Below are positions 1 through 14,240 of a DNA stretch of 64,000 nucleotides, piece by piece (positions within the stretch are counted from its first letter, which is position 1; the number at the start of each line of letters is the position of its first letter). The stretch spans positions 157,976,001 through 158,040,000 of the forward strand of contig OZ024741.1 of assembly GCA_964016885.1 (NCBI GenBank), read 5' to 3'. The notes below the pieces were generated by a model. The model had not been told where the DNA came from and made no database searches. It saw nothing but the letters and a program-made list of their open reading frames with translations. Position numbers and translations under genes: made by a program. Origin of the DNA: Eledone cirrhosa (taxonomy: Eukaryota).

Positions 1-1165
1 ATGCTATGTGCATCAGTGTCATTTAAAACACACTTTTTCCCTACAACATCATGATTCACAGACACACATTGCAGAACATTGGCAAACCTCCTGCTTTTAG
101 CCTCTTTGAATGCAATGTACACCTGTCATCTAACTTCTCTTTTACCTACTTGGTAATGATCTTTGCTTACCCCCATTCTTTCAGTCTTTCCATGCCTGTC
201 TCTTGGCTTGACTGGTTCTGTTCATTGCACTGTTCCACTACCAGGTCATCGTATGTCTGACTGGTACTTTACTCCAGTCAAAACTCTCATCATTAGCCTG
301 TAGTAAATTGTCACATAGTAATTTTCAATTGTCCTCTGTGTAATGTGTATCTAGTTACTACCCCTACCCCCCTTTCATCATTTGCATCATATAAGGTTTT
401 CCTGAACCTATGTTTAACAGAAAGATCCTTTAGTTTTCATACTCTCCTACTCCAGATTTTCCAGTATTTCTTGTTCTGTCATATGCTTATTCTGATATCA
501 CTAATAACTAACTTATGTGTTATATGGTGTATTCTTCTCTAAGGAAGGACATAGCATTCATAATCATTTATCTATTCCATTTTTTTTTTTTTTTTTGTAT
601 TTGCCTGATTGGTAGGTGATTGGGTGGCTCATCAGTTTCCTGAAATTAGTGTTGCAAATGCTTATTCCTTTGCATCACAGAATTTTAGGAGTCTTGTTTC
701 TTCTTTTCTTGAGCCATAACCATAGCCACTGTGTACTCCAGTGTAGCCATCTTGGTGCTGCCCAACATATCCATTGTAGTTGTCATCTAGAATGATGAAG
801 TCTCTGTCATCTGTAACAGTTGTCTTTAGGAGCTCTCAAGGAAATGGTTCTTTTGTTCTTTACTTAGACTTGATCAAGGTGCATAGGTAGAGATAGTTGT
901 AGTCAATCTATTGCATATGACTATTCTGGGCTTGATAATTATGTCACTCCATCAACTTCTCAGCCTGTAGAATGCCTGCTCCACTTACTTCATCATCTTT
1001 TCTTATCCAAAAAAATATTATATCTATGTTTGTCTGTGAGAATTCTGCCTAGGCCCCTCTCCTATATTTCACTTCTACTCATCTCCTCTCAAGTAACTTC
1101 ACAATTTTTCCAGATAAACCTTTCAGAGTACCCACATTAAGAGTGGAAGCCTTGATATGTGTTAC
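1..1165 (-). mobile_element. Degenerate RTE-clade LINE, endonuclease region
   Basis: Minus-strand remnants STLNVGTLKG, ISTYAP, ICNTNFRK..ITYQSG and DVVGKKCV match the RTE copy at 52-54 kb. Confidence 0.7.
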
Positions 1166-1731
1166 CTGACAGTGGTTCTTATATCATCCTTTCATAGTTT
1201 TCGTACCTGAAAAGGAAAATTGGTATGCAATTGCTCGATGATAGTCAAGGGGTTCTCGCACATGGCTAAGTTAGCCACCCTACTACCATATGCAGCACTA
1301 ACATGATTCATGCTAGCCCTGTATACACAATTATCTTTAATATTATATGTTGTGCTAGTCATGGTTTTTGGTAAAGTTTTTTTATTGGAAGTTCTTCTTA
1401 TCACCAACCACTTTACAGCTTGGACTGGATGCATCATTTGTGCCATCAGCACTAGAGAGGTTGTCTGACCAGACATAAGTGTCCTCATTATCCTGTATCA
1501 GTTTTTATTGACTGACTGCTCTCCTAGACAAGTTGCATTCACTACAGCTTATGAAGCCTGCATCAGTCTCATACAGTCTTATTTTATTCAAAGTAACTGC
1601 CCTCCATTATGGGTTGCCTTGCCCATGTCTGCCCCATGCAGTCTTATTTATTCAGAGTAACTGCTCTCATATATGGGCTCATTTCTATGTGGCCTATGGT
1701 GTCTGCAACTGCTCCAGAGAACACACAAGAA

Positions 1732-1766
<35 letters not shown>

Positions 1767-2605
1767 TAATTGCATTTCTGATATATACACACATCGATGC
1801 AGAGACAATCACAATATTATAGATGGTTAAATTTCGAAGCAGCTAATGTGTGTGAGTGGAGTGGAGAATTAGTTAGGTAGGTTTATAGAATGATCATAAG
1901 CTAGGTATGTGGTTGTTGATGAACAGGAAATGGAGGATGGCCTTGGACAGACATGAAGGGGTCAGCAAAGATGTGTTAGAACTACATGCTTTCATTGTAG
2001 CTAAGTATACAAAATAAAGTATACAAAACAAATTTTCAGTTGACAGAAAAACATGATATAAAAAGGAGATGAATCGGAGTAAAATTATTATTAACCTAAA
2101 ACATGATCTTAAAAAAACTCATGCATAGAAATGAGTGAAGCAAATAGATAGATAGAGAGAGAGGGATGGGGTATGAGATGAGAGGAGTGAAGAGATATAT
2201 CGATAAATAGTTAGAGGGGTACTAAATAGATATATAGATATGATAATGGTTTCTAATTTTGGCACAAGGTCTGCAATTTTGGAGGAAGAGAAAGTCGATT
2301 ATATCAATCCCAGAATGAAAACCCTAGTTGACCTTGGTAGCATAATAATAATTTTTCTTAATTAAACACAAAGCCAGCCTCAAACTTGTAGCTGTGAGAG
2401 ATATAGTCACATGATTGACTCAATGCCAGTATCTGATGATGTGGGTGAGTGTTAATTTGAGGAGCTGAAAGAAGAGGAATAATAGGACATGATGAAGGAA
2501 GTTGGTGGTAGTAGTAGTAGTCGTGGTGGTGGTAGTAAGAGAAGTTAGTGAATGTGAAGGCAGTGAAAGAGGAGGGTGAGGTAAAGAAGAGGTGCATTAT
2601 TGTGT

Positions 2606-2671
<66 letters not shown>

Positions 2672-2849
2672 ATATATACATACATATGTATGAGCAAGAT
2701 GTGGTCACCTGACTTCTCTAGCCTCAATGTGACAATGCCTAAAAGGCATGAAATGATGATGATTGGGGCTCCCATCATTAAAACCTGAGAACTCTCCTAT
2801 GAGATACAAACTTGTAGGAAGTCAGCTAAACCTGTATAGGTGTGGACTG

Positions 2850-2892
<43 letters not shown>

Positions 2893-4707
2893 TCACAAGT
2901 AGTCAATATAATGAAAATATGACTAAGATAATGTGAATCTCAGGCTGACAAGTTAGTAAATATAAGTCGATATTGAAATCAGAAGATACTTTTTTACATA
3001 AGTTTCCTTGCAGATATACATGAAGTGGAAAACTTTTCTCCTCCAATTTCCAGAAATTTTGCTGTCATCTTAGACACTCAATGAATAGTTCGACATCGAA
3101 ACTAAAGTAGCATTAACATTCAAGTATATTCTTTCCTATAGTTTTAGATATGTTTCCCTGTAGCTTTATCAGGATAAAGAAGAGTCATTGTAAATGTCAA
3201 GAAAGCCACAGAATTTTGGACATTATATCTTGGTTCTGAAGTGTGTATAGATTTTGTTATATTTCTGTCTATCTTATTTGTCATGTCAGTCTCATTGCTA
3301 TTTTTTTGTGGTTTAGTCAGATGAGGAAAGGAAGAATCATTGACCTTTTCATAAAAACTCCTGGACTGGTGAGATGAAGAAGACACTATGTCTCGTGTTA
3401 TCTTCTGTTTAAAAACTTTGAGAGTACTTTCAAGGTGGATGGATTCCATTAAAGGTACACAAGGGCCAGATACAGGTAGTGTTAACCTGTAACATCTTAT
3501 AATGATTTAGCAGAAAATATCTAAAAATAGGTCTGGTAATTCAAATGTTTATAGTATCTTTACTAGTAGACATTGTGAAAATTTGCAGTATTTTCATAAA
3601 GATTTCATTTTTGCTGTGATGCAGACATAGTGCTGTTTTGTATTTTACAAGAATGTTTTACCAATGTGGTTTTATGTAGTACAGGATATTAAGAGTCGAA
3701 CTGAGCGACAAATTAAAAATCCTTACCCAAGAGCAGGTCTATCAGGTGGGCTTTCATACAGTTTCTTTCAATGTAATTTCACTCATAAAGTTTGGCTCAA
3801 TTCATGTTAAGGTTCTTATCAGAGGATACTTGCCCAAGATGATTCAGAGTTAGATGAATCAATGAATTGCCATTCTTCAAACCAAAAGCTCAATGGTTTG
3901 AACTGTATCACTGGTGCTATGTAATCTCCATGGTTAAGATAAATAGATAAGAACTTAAACTCTCACTGACTTGGCCACATTAATTATAAATAGGTACAAA
4001 CAAACATTTAGGCAACCACAAAGACCTACTAACCATAATAAAGAGAAGAAGAAGAAGTCACGTGACAAGATCTGATGGATTGACCAAAACTGACCTTCAC
4101 AGGATAATTTTAAAAAAAAATAGGCAAGGATGTTAGAAGAAAAGAAAATGGTTGGATATCTTGGAATGGACCAGTAAGGTTTTCACAAGAGCCCTAGTCA
4201 TGGCATATGTCAAAGATGGATGAAAGGAAGTTGTACATTGCTACATCTTTTGAGAACCATGAGTTTGGTAACAATAACAGTAACTATATTAAAAGGCATC
4301 TTATTGACATGAGTTTTGTATAACTGATTTCTCTAATACAGGCTCAAGCGGACACAAATTTAGTAAAACAATGGTCAATTACATTGACCCCAAGTATTGG
4401 ATTAAAGCCATGAATTGGTAGTTATTAGAACAACAGATAGAATGTCTTGTAGTATTGGTTCCACCCTCTGTGCATTGAGTTAAAAACTTGTCTATGTTAA
4501 AGAACCAGAACAAATACCACAATATATCTTCTCCAACACTAATGATTCTGCTAATCCATTACTCTTTTACAAATATCAACAACAAAGCTTTTGGCTGGAA
4601 AACAACAAAAATAGAGGCATCAACAACCTTGAGCATGAGTCTTCTACTATAGCCTTTGGTTGTCAGGGGAATTTGGTAGAGGGAAATTGTAGAAGCCCAT
4701 TGTATAT

Positions 4708-5027
4708 CAGTGGTTCCCAACCTTTTGCGTCCCATGCCACACCTCAACATCACAAATATTTTAATGCCCCACTTTGATATAAACACAGCAATGATCAACT
4801 ACAAAGTGTAAACAAATTGGTGTATGGGTGATGCCAGATGCACATTAACATGTGTGGAGGAGGTGAGACAGGATTTCCTGACAGTAATTTGTTCCAAAGT
4901 TGCCTTGGTGTAAAGGTAATAAGGTAAAACCTGAAGTTTGCTCTCATCAACATCATTTTCAAATTGCCCCACTTCAATATTCAAATTGCTCCCCCATGGG
5001 GCATGTGCTCCATGTTGGGAATCACTG
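4708..5027. mobile_element. hAT-like MITE
   Basis: TIRs CAGTGGTTCCCAAC / GTTGGGAATCACTG. Degenerate 8-bp TSD ttgtatat/atctatat. Confidence 0.65.
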
Positions 5028-5650
5028 ATCTATATGATTGTATATATGTGTGTGTCTGTATAATGTTTACATTTATGTCTGTGTTTAGCAGTTTAGTCAA
5101 AAACGTGTCAGATAAGATAAGAACCAGACTTGAAAAAAATATATAAGTACTGGAGTCAATATGACTGACAAAAACTCCCTTCAAAGCAGAGCCCCAACAT
5201 GGCCACAGTCTAATGGCAGGAACCAGTAAAGGAATAGAAGAAGAATCAAATGCAAAAAAAAAAAACAATAATAATAATAATAAAACAAAAAAGAAAAAAA
5301 TGAAAAAATGCTAAAAATTCAGGAAAAAATTTAGTGAGTTTCATAAAATTTCTGATTTAATAGAAAACAAAAGAGGTAATTTTCTTTCTATAATTAATTA
5401 ATTTACATGAAAATAATTACATGGAAATACTGGGATTATAACAGGATTGGTGGTGGGAGGCAGGTAGTATTCTCCGTGCAGAGTGTGTAATGTATATATA
5501 TAAATAAATATAAATATTATATGTATATGTATATATATATATAGAATTAGATATATGTTTTATATATATATATATATAATATAAATATTATATGTATATA
5601 TATATATATATATATAATATAAATATTATATGTATATATATATATAAATA

Positions 5651-5699
<49 letters not shown>

Positions 5700-6460
5700 G
5701 GTACATGTATTAAGCATTCAGTGATATGATGTGTGGGTTTATATAATTAAGTAAGTGTATGTATAGTTACGAAAGTATATACGTATGTGTGTGCATGTAT
5801 GTATGTATGTACGCATGTATGCATTATCATTATTTTTTTATTATTATCATCATCATTATTATAATTACTATCATATGACTGCCACTGTAAGTCCTGCAAA
5901 ATGGATAATCTGGCATAGTTATGGAACCAAGAGTACAGTAAGATCGGTGGTGTACCTGTGTGTGTGTGTGTATGTGTGTATATATTTATGTGTATACACA
6001 TACACACAGACATATATACATATATGTGTATATATATAAATATATCATGAAGGTGATTTAAAAATTGAAAATGTGGGAATCCCAAACAGAGACAATATTT
6101 GTAACAACTGTTGATCACTATAAATAATAACTTTAAATATCAGGTGAAATGCTCCTAGTGAGAGAAAAAGTGGCCAATAGTTGTTTCAGAGATTTGAACT
6201 CTGTATATCTTGACTACTGTGCAGGCATGTTAACCATTACAATATGGGGCAACTGACCACCTTTTCTGTCTAATTTAAAATGCTATACTAAACAGCTTGT
6301 AGCTAAAACTAGAAGCAAACAAATATAATGACTTTACAAAGCACTGGGTGATTTTATATTTCGCTATTATTTATTGCGATCAACAATTGTTACACTTATT
6401 TTCTGTATTTTGGATTCCACTTTTTCAAATCACCTATCACTTTAGATAGAGAGAGAGCGA

Positions 6461-6507
<47 letters not shown>

Positions 6508-7137
6508 GATAGATAATTTAAATAGATAGATAATTTAAAAACAACAAAATGTACATAAAAACTAACAAACACAATATGAAATAAATATTGTAAATATAAA
6601 ATAAATATAATAAATATTGTAAATATAATAACTTTTGTAAATATGAAATAAATATTGTAAGTATATATTAAATATAAAATAATACATAATAAATATAAAT
6701 AAATATCATAAGTAAAAAATACATATCGTAAATTAACAAAGGAAGACATTCCTTTTTTATTTGTTTTATTCTTCTCATCTTTGTGTAAAAAATAAATAAT
6801 TATCAACCATTTCTATTATAGGCAAAATTAAAACTAAATAATATACTTATTTATTTAATAATAATAGACTTGGTGGGTTAACAATTCTGCCAACCACTGC
6901 CAATAATAATAATAATGATATCTAAGTTAGACACAGGACCATCTATTTGTGGAATTGGGGTGGGGAAGTCGTTTATATCAACCCTGGTACTTGACTGGTA
7001 CTTTATTTAATCGATTTCAAAAGGATAAAAGGTAAAGTTGACCTTGGCAGGGTTTGACCTCAGAATGTAAAGAGCCAGAACCAATAATGCTAAGCATTTG
7101 CCCTTTGCTCAAACAATTCTGCCAGTCCACCACCCTC

Positions 7138-7171
<34 letters not shown>

Positions 7172-7478
7172 ATGATGGTAATAATAATAATAATAATAAT
7201 AGTAATAATAGTTTTTAACAAAGCCAGCAATATTTTAGAAAACGAAAGTCGATTATATTGACTTCAGTACTAAACTGGTACTATATTTTATTGGACCCCA
7301 GAAGGATGAAAGGCAAAGTTGACTTCGGTGGGATGGGAACTCAGAGAGCAAAGAGCTGGGAAAAAAATAATAATAATAATTATAATTATAATAATAATAT
7401 ATTGTGTGGAATGAAGAAGGAAATAAACTGAAAGTAAATTAATACTTCTAAGGGCAAACAAGTTTTTGGGATGGGATA

Positions 7479-7529
<51 letters not shown>

Positions 7530-7559
7530 CATTGATGTATATGAATCACAGCACACTAT

Positions 7560-7805
7560 AATTTATATATGTGTGTGTATATACATATATATATGTGTGT
7601 ATATATATATAATATATATATGTGTGTGTACATATATATAATATATATATGTGTGTACATATATATAATATATATATGTGTGTACATATATATAATATAT
7701 ATATGTGTGTACATATATATATATATATATGTGTGTACATATATATAATATATATATGTGTGTACATATATATATATTATATATGTGTGTACATATATAT
7801 ATATG

Positions 7806-7865
<60 letters not shown>

Positions 7866-7948
7866 CATGTATGTATGTATGTATATGGATGTATAGGTAT
7901 ATGCGTATGTAGGTATGTATATATATATATATATATGTGTGTATACAT

Positions 7949-7979
<31 letters not shown>

Positions 7980-7990
7980 ATATATATATA
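7560..7990. repeat. (TA)/(TG) compound microsatellite with ~27-bp minisatellite
   Basis: Repeated tatatatgtgtgtacatatatataata units. Confidence 0.85.
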
Positions 7991-8088
7991 TGTTAAAAAT
8001 ATATAAAGTCTTTTTCTCTTCTTAGAATGCTGGTATTGTTAGCAGAGGTTGACATTTCATGAGAGTTGGAGTTGTATTGTTGACTGCA

Positions 8089-8106
8089 TCACTTTTCAGC
8101 AAAACT
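8089..8106 (-). CDS. Putative terminal coding exon of prohormone (SFAEK*)
   Basis: Strong acceptor ttttattttctcctttcAG at 8107-8108. Phase 0 gives AGT TTT GCT GAA AAG TGA. Total CDS 1560 nt (519 aa). Confidence 0.5.
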   Translation of the reverse strand, partial: SFAEK

Positions 8107-9642
8107 CTGAAAGGAGAAAATAAAAGCAACATTGGTATTGTGTGTGTGTGTGTGTTATAAGACTTAGTGGTTAGGATATCATAAAATTCTAAGTTCAATA
8201 CCAAGGAACACATTGAGCACGACACCTTAGTTAACATTGCTCCAATTCATTCAGCTTCAAAGAAGGAGTTGTACCTATAATTCAAAAGGTCAGTCTTGTC
8301 CCACACTGTGTCATGCTGAATCTCCCTGAGAATTTACTTATGGGTACATGTGTCTTTGGAATGCTCTGTCATTTGCATGTTAATTTCAAGCAGGCCATTC
8401 CATTGATCAAACAACAACAATGAGACCTAGTATCCTCTTAATATATCACATAACCAAATTGTCTATATCTTAAGAAAACTGTCTCCATTGCTCTTTCAAT
8501 TCATGTTACTATCTGTTGGTCACATTCCTAGCAGAAGCATTCAGGGTTTGATCTCAGAAAACAAAGAGATGGATCAGATACTGCAAAGCATTCTGTCCAA
8601 CTCTTTAAAAGTTCCACTAATTCTTCACTCCTGGAATGGTACTTTATTGATCATGAAAAGTATTTGAACTTGGAGTGCAGTGAGCCATAACAAATACAGA
8701 GGTATTTCATTTGATTCTTTAACAACTCCAGGAAACATCCAAGAAACTTCCTATGAGATGCAAACTCATATGAGGCCAGTTAAACTTACATAAATGCAAA
8801 ATGCAAATTTTATTTTTTCATTTCATACCACATATTCTATAAAGTTGTTGGTGATAATAAGAACATCCAACTGTAAAAACCATGCCAAAAAAGGATTAAG
8901 AGGTCTCTTCAGTTTTGTCAAGTGTACAGCAACCTCTCTAGTGTTGGTGCTATGATAAAACACACTCAGTACACTCTGCACAAAGGTAGGTGATAGAAAG
9001 GGCATCCAGTCATAGAAAACCTGGCAAGCAAAGGGTAGAGATTACTCTTCAGTTGTGTCAAAGACATGACAACCACCTTAGTGTTTGTGCCATGATAAAA
9101 TACACCCGGTACTCCTGAGAGTATGGAAATGTATGTAGGTGAAATGTACCCTCAGCCCATCTGAGAGGTCAGTGGCACTGGCTAAGTACTGACTTGGTCT
9201 GTGCTAACTTGTCAAACCTTTGCTAGCATGGAAAATGGACATTAGATGATGATGTGGATGATGATGATGATGATGATACAAGTTCAACATTGTAATGACA
9301 GAAACAACAAACACAATTTGGGAGAAAAGCCTCTGGAAATCATCAACAAGATTCTGGATTGGTGTGACAAAAAAGGGAAATTAAAGAAAGTAAAGGACAC
9401 AAAAGAGGGAAGACAAAAATATAATGAAGAAAAGGACGGAAAGAGCAGAGCAAAGCAACAGTCGATAGCTCAGCAATGCACTGCTAAGAATCAAACACAA
9501 ACCTACCAAGCATGAGTGAACACCCTAACCACCAAGTCACATGCCTTCACAAACATACACAAACACCCACATACACTCACACACATGTATATATACAATA
9601 TGGAAATTACTTGAATTATTTAAATATCTTAAATATCCTTAC

Positions 9643-10229
9643 ATCTTCCTCCTTTACCATGGAATTGCCATCTCTCTGTACAGCCAGAGCTCTTGCCAAT
9701 TCTAGGAGGCGGGAATAATCTATATCATCTTCTGGTTCACTACGTTTATTACCAATTAAACCACTGTAATGACTCCGTGGTTCTTCTGAATATGGGTAGA
9801 AAATTCTCTTGGCTGGTATAAAATAACCAGGTTGTCCGTTAAGGACCACTTCTTCATAGGGCATGTTTACATCTTCCTCATCATTTTCATCTGCAATTGA
9901 GTCCTCATCAATTCTGGGGCTTTCTCGTTCAAAATCTGCCGCCATCCTCTTTTCATACCCATAGCCACCGTCCAGTTCACTGTTATCAATTTGATAAGGA
10001 GCCTCTTTCTCAAGGAGTTCACTTTGGGTGTAGGCATTTGGCCAGGAATCAAGGGAGACAAGTTTTTCTGGCATTTCCGCTTGCATGTACTGTTGAGAAT
10101 CTTCTGGGAGGTAGAGGCCACGTTTGGTTCTTGGTGATCTCTGTCGCAATTCTCGGCGTCTTCGATAAATGTAGTTAAGTAATGGGTTCTCCTGGAAGCT
10201 CCTCTCTCTTTGGACATCGATGGGTTCTG
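9643..10229 (-). CDS. Prohormone coding exon 3 (AEPIDVQRERSF...RRRR...KR...KR IFYPYSEEPRSHYSGLIGN KR...)
   Basis: Acceptor tttctatctttAG at 10230-10231, in frame with the exon 2 phase-1 donor. Multiple KR/RRRR sites. Probable donor GAT|GTAAGG at 9641-9642; without splicing the frame stops at 9616. Confidence 0.85.
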
Positions 10230-10574
10230 CTAAAGATAGAAAGACAGAGAAAGCAAAACAAGAGCAGATGGTCATATTATGAATTTAAGAGATGTAAAAG
10301 AAAACAATGGTAGAAATAATGGCTTCTAATTTATGTACAAGGGCAGCAAATTTGTGGGAGGGAGTAAGTTAATTAAATCGACCCAGTATTGGACTGGTCC
10401 ATTATTTTATCAACCGCAGAAAATACAAGCATTTCACGAAATACATATATAAACAATATACTTATATGTAACAAAATAAATGTTGACACGTGTAAACATA
10501 ATAATAATAATGATTTCTAATATTGGTACAAGACCAGCAATTTAAAGGAAGGAGAAAGTTGATTATATTGACCC

Positions 10575-10987
10575 AGGTGATTGTTTAATTGTTAATTCTC
10601 ATGTAAATTGTCAAATATATTTTGTCACACATTTGGTGACCCCCCCCCCTCCCCTCAATGACAATTTTTGTTACTCTGTGTCTCTTCTTTGTTCCATTTT
10701 ACTGTAGATAAGATGGCATAAAATAGAATAAAAAGGAGACACAGAGTAACGAAAGTTGTCATTGAGGAGGTTACAGAATGTGTGACAAAAGAGCTTTGAG
10801 GATTAACAATTAAACAACCATCCTGTTACTAAACTAACCAATGAATGGATTAGTTACTAAAAAAATAATAAACTGAAGTAAAACTCAACTGGTGCTTGTG
10901 TTTTTATTGGCAGCATGACCTTCCTAAAATATAACAATGTTTCAATGCATGATTTCACATAAAAGATCTTGCCAAAACAAAAACGAA

Positions 10988-10990
<3 letters not shown>
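10575..10990 (+). mobile_element. PLE-derived terminal repeat with inverted duplication (same family as 25235-25606)
   Basis: Arms ~10577-10700 and ~10725-10820 are inverted. Contains a decayed copy of the 25441 HHR (gtcattgaggaggttacagaatgtgtgacaaaagagctttg). Confidence 0.6.
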
Positions 10991-11045
<55 letters not shown>

Positions 11046-11224
11046 GAATGTGTGTGTGTGTGTTTGCGAATGTGTGTGTGTATGTATTACGCTATTAACC
11101 ACCCCACCTACGCCCCCATCAATATCACCTTTTCGCTATTCTCACCATCCCTACATTCTCCCCTCTAAAAATCCTAACACCAATGCACCATTGAAGGTCC
11201 CTACTTCTCTCATACTCATCAGTG

Positions 11225-11640
11225 TGGGCTGGGCACTTTTTGTCGTGGCACCAAAATGACCACTTTACAGTGTGGGCTGGGACTTGGGTGGGGGAGGTGT
11301 GTGGGGATTGGCGAGGAAGATCTAGGGACATGGGTTAGGGGTGGAATGTTAGCACGTGGGAGGAGTATGGCAGAAAGCGGGTCTTTTGTATTACTGCATA
11401 ACACCAGAGATCTCAATCCTGTGCCATCGCCTTTGAGAGGTTATAATTGTGCAAGGTCAGCTTTTATAACCTCATCCCAAGTCTTCCTTTGTCTTCCTAC
11501 TCAATAGCTTCCATCAACTTTTAGCACTCTGTACGTTTTTATACAGCTGTCATCCTTCATATAAATCACATGGCCATACCAACGCAATCTCCTCTCCTGT
11601 ACACTGCAAATGATCCCTTTTATGCCCAATTTGTCTATGT
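11225..11640 (-). mobile_element. RTE LINE 3' fragment
   Basis: Minus strand encodes [10 protein letters not shown]...[14 protein letters not shown]-like sequence. Confidence 0.75.
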
Positions 11641-11969
11641 ATACATGTATGTGTATGTCTGTGTAGTGAAAATGTCACAAGAAATGTGAAAGCTTTATAT
11701 ATACAAACAGGGCTAATATTTATAAAAATGTACACAGATGATATAACTGCAATCAATGCTTTCATGAGCTAACCATTTCCAAAATACCACTTAGCCATTT
11801 GTATGGACAAAGATATGACTAACAACATAGTTTGCTGTTTTGCAGCCTTGATAGTTCGTGAAACCATTAGTGGCAGACATAATATCACGTGCAAGAATCT
11901 TAATATATATATATATATATATAAAGGTTTCGCCTTTAAAAATTGTTTTTCATTCGTTGTCTTGTCCTC

Positions 11970-13368
11970 CCTTTGTTGACCTAGAGAAGGCCTTTGATAG
12001 GGTACCCCGATCTGTCATCTGGTGGTCCCTAAGGAAACTAGGTGTTGAAGAATGGCTTGTGAGGACAGTGCAAGCTATGTACAGGGGTGCTGTCAGTAAA
12101 GTGAGAATAGGAATGGAGTTTAGTGAGGAATTCCAGATACAAGTAGGTGTACATCAAGGTTCGATCCTCTTGTTCATTATAGTCCTCCAAGCCATAACAG
12201 AGGAGTTTAAGACTGGATGCCCATGGGAACTTCTCTATGCTGACGATCTGGTTCTTATAGCAGAATCAGTAGAGGAGCTAAAGAATAAATTCTGGCTATG
12301 GAAATAGCAGTTGGAATCAAGAGGCCTGAGAGTGAACATAGCTAAAACAAAAGTGTTGATAAGTAGAAGAGAGGACAAAACTCCGATTCCATCATGGAAA
12401 TGGCCATGTTTGATATGTAGAAAGAAAGTAGGCATGAACTCTATAGTATGTACACAATGCAGATCTTGGGTACACAAAAGATGTAGTGGGATAGCAGGCA
12501 AACTAAAGGTAGGGAAAACTACGTATGCAGTAGATGTACAGGGAATGTTGGCAGTAGTAATTGCTGTGATAGACTCATTTTTCCAATGCATGTGGGTTCT
12601 ATAGAAGTGGTTGATAGATTCCGGTACCTAGGTGATCAGATTAGCATGGGAGGGGGGTGTTCCGAGGCCATAGTATCTAGAATAATTGTTTCTACTTTAG
12701 GCACAAGGCCAGCAATTACCCAGTGCATTACTGGTACTTTATTTTATCGACCCCGTAAGGATGAAAGGCAAAGTCTACCTCAGCGGGATTTGAACTCAGA
12801 TCGTAAAGGGACGTAGTATCTAGAATAATGACGGGTTGGAAGAAGTTTACGGAGCTGCTTCCTCTGTTGACAAAGAAGGGTTTCTCCCTGCGTACGAAAG
12901 GACGGTTATATGATGCCTGTGTGAGGAGCGCGATGCTGCATGATAGTGAGACATGGGCAGCAACTGCAGAAGATATGCAATGGCTGGAGAGAAATGAAGC
13001 AAGTATGCTCCGTTGGGTGTGCAATGTCAATGTGCGTGAACAACCAAGCATAGACGAGTTGAGAAAGAAACTGGGTATAAGAGGGATAAGTTGTGGTGTG
13101 CAGGAGAGAAGGCTGAGATGGTATGGACATGTGATACGCATGGAGGATGATCGATGGGTGAAGAAGTGCCAGGAAGTCCCAGTGGAGGGAAGACGCAGTA
13201 GAGGTAGACCATGAAAAACATGGGTGGAGGTGGTGAGAGCAGACCTCAGATCGCTGAAACTCACCGAGGAGATGACGAAGGACCGTGACAAGTGGAGAGA
13301 TGCTGTGCTGAATAGGACCCATCCAGCCCTTGCAAGCAGGGAAAAGCGGACGTAAAATGATGATGATA
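11970..13368 (+). mobile_element. RTE LINE, 5'-truncated (RT to 3' tail), interrupted by a SINE
   Basis: FVDLEKAFDRVP, GVHQGS, LLYADDLVL, PHD-like CxxC...[12 protein letters not shown]. Tail gcaagcagggaaaagcggacgtaaaa(tga)n ends ~50 bp from the exon 2 donor. Confidence 0.92.
12687..12813 (-). mobile_element. Truncated tRNA-derived SINE (Deu/Nin-like core) with 16-bp TSD
   Basis: TSD tagtatctagaataat at 12671-12686 and 12814-12829. Core gcctttcatccttacggggtcgataaaataaagtaccag. Confidence 0.88.
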
Positions 13369-13421
13369 CTTGTGGAAGAGAATAGAAAAACATGATGATG
13401 ATTTATCAGAAAATGACTCAC

Positions 13422-14240
13422 CGTTTCTATATTCTTGCATCAGATGTTCATAGCTATTTGCTTCGGAAGGTTCTAAGCCAGCTTTTACTAGCTCAGGTAG
13501 GTCCCTCTCTGAGATCATTTCCTCTCCAGGTTTCAATAAGGGCAATTCCTTGGTCAATGCATAACTGTTCAGTTTAGAAGCTCTTTCGTCTTCGGCATTC
13601 ATGGTATCTTCTGGAAACAAAGGTTGTTCCTCAGTCAATGCATAACTGTTCATTTTGGAAGCACTGTCATCATCAGCATCTATAGAATCTTCTGGAAACA
13701 AAGGCAGATCGGAGGTCTTCTTGCTGGCCCTATATTTGTTGTTGTCTTCATCGTCATCTTGGTCATCGTCACTGTCATTGTTTACTAGTTCCTCTTCTAT
13801 GTCATCGCTCAACATATCATCATCATCATCATTATTATCACTATCGTTGGTGTCAAGTTTGTGGCTACTATCACTATCATCATCATCTTCATCATCACCA
13901 TTGCTGTTTCCACCTCCATGCTCTTTCAAATTATCCCCCATTAAGGGATTTTCTAGTTTACTCTCCTCCCTGTCTTCTTCTGTCTTGTTTTCATCGATGT
14001 CGTCCTTTTCATTTCTCAGCTCTTCAGAAGAAGATGATGTGGATGATGATGAAGATGAAGAGGATTTGTCCAGATTCGAACTAGCATCTTCTGGTTCTCC
14101 TGTCAGTCTGTGTTCTTTGCTGTCTTCGTCAGTGTTGAGGCCGGTAAGAGGCACCTCCTTATCTGGTTTGGGGTCAGACTTTTTCACTCTGGGTGAGTTC
14201 TGTTGGTTGCCAAACATCAGCACCTCTTTGGCTCTTTTCT
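13422..14240 (-). CDS. Prohormone coding exon 2 (EKRAKEVLMFGNQQNSPRVKKSDP..., Asp/Glu/Ser-rich)
   Basis: Acceptor tttctttgtAG at 14241-14242 and donor AACG|GTGAGT at 13420-13421. 819 nt, phase 1-1, joins exon 1 in frame (HT-E-KR). Contained in ORF 13261..14223. Confidence 0.88.

Noticed and set aside
7546-8006. Cluster of YI/HT/CV-repeat ORFs (also ~18500-18960, 23800-24180, 49020-49630, 59640-59970)
   Set aside because: Translations of TA/TG/TCTA microsatellites.
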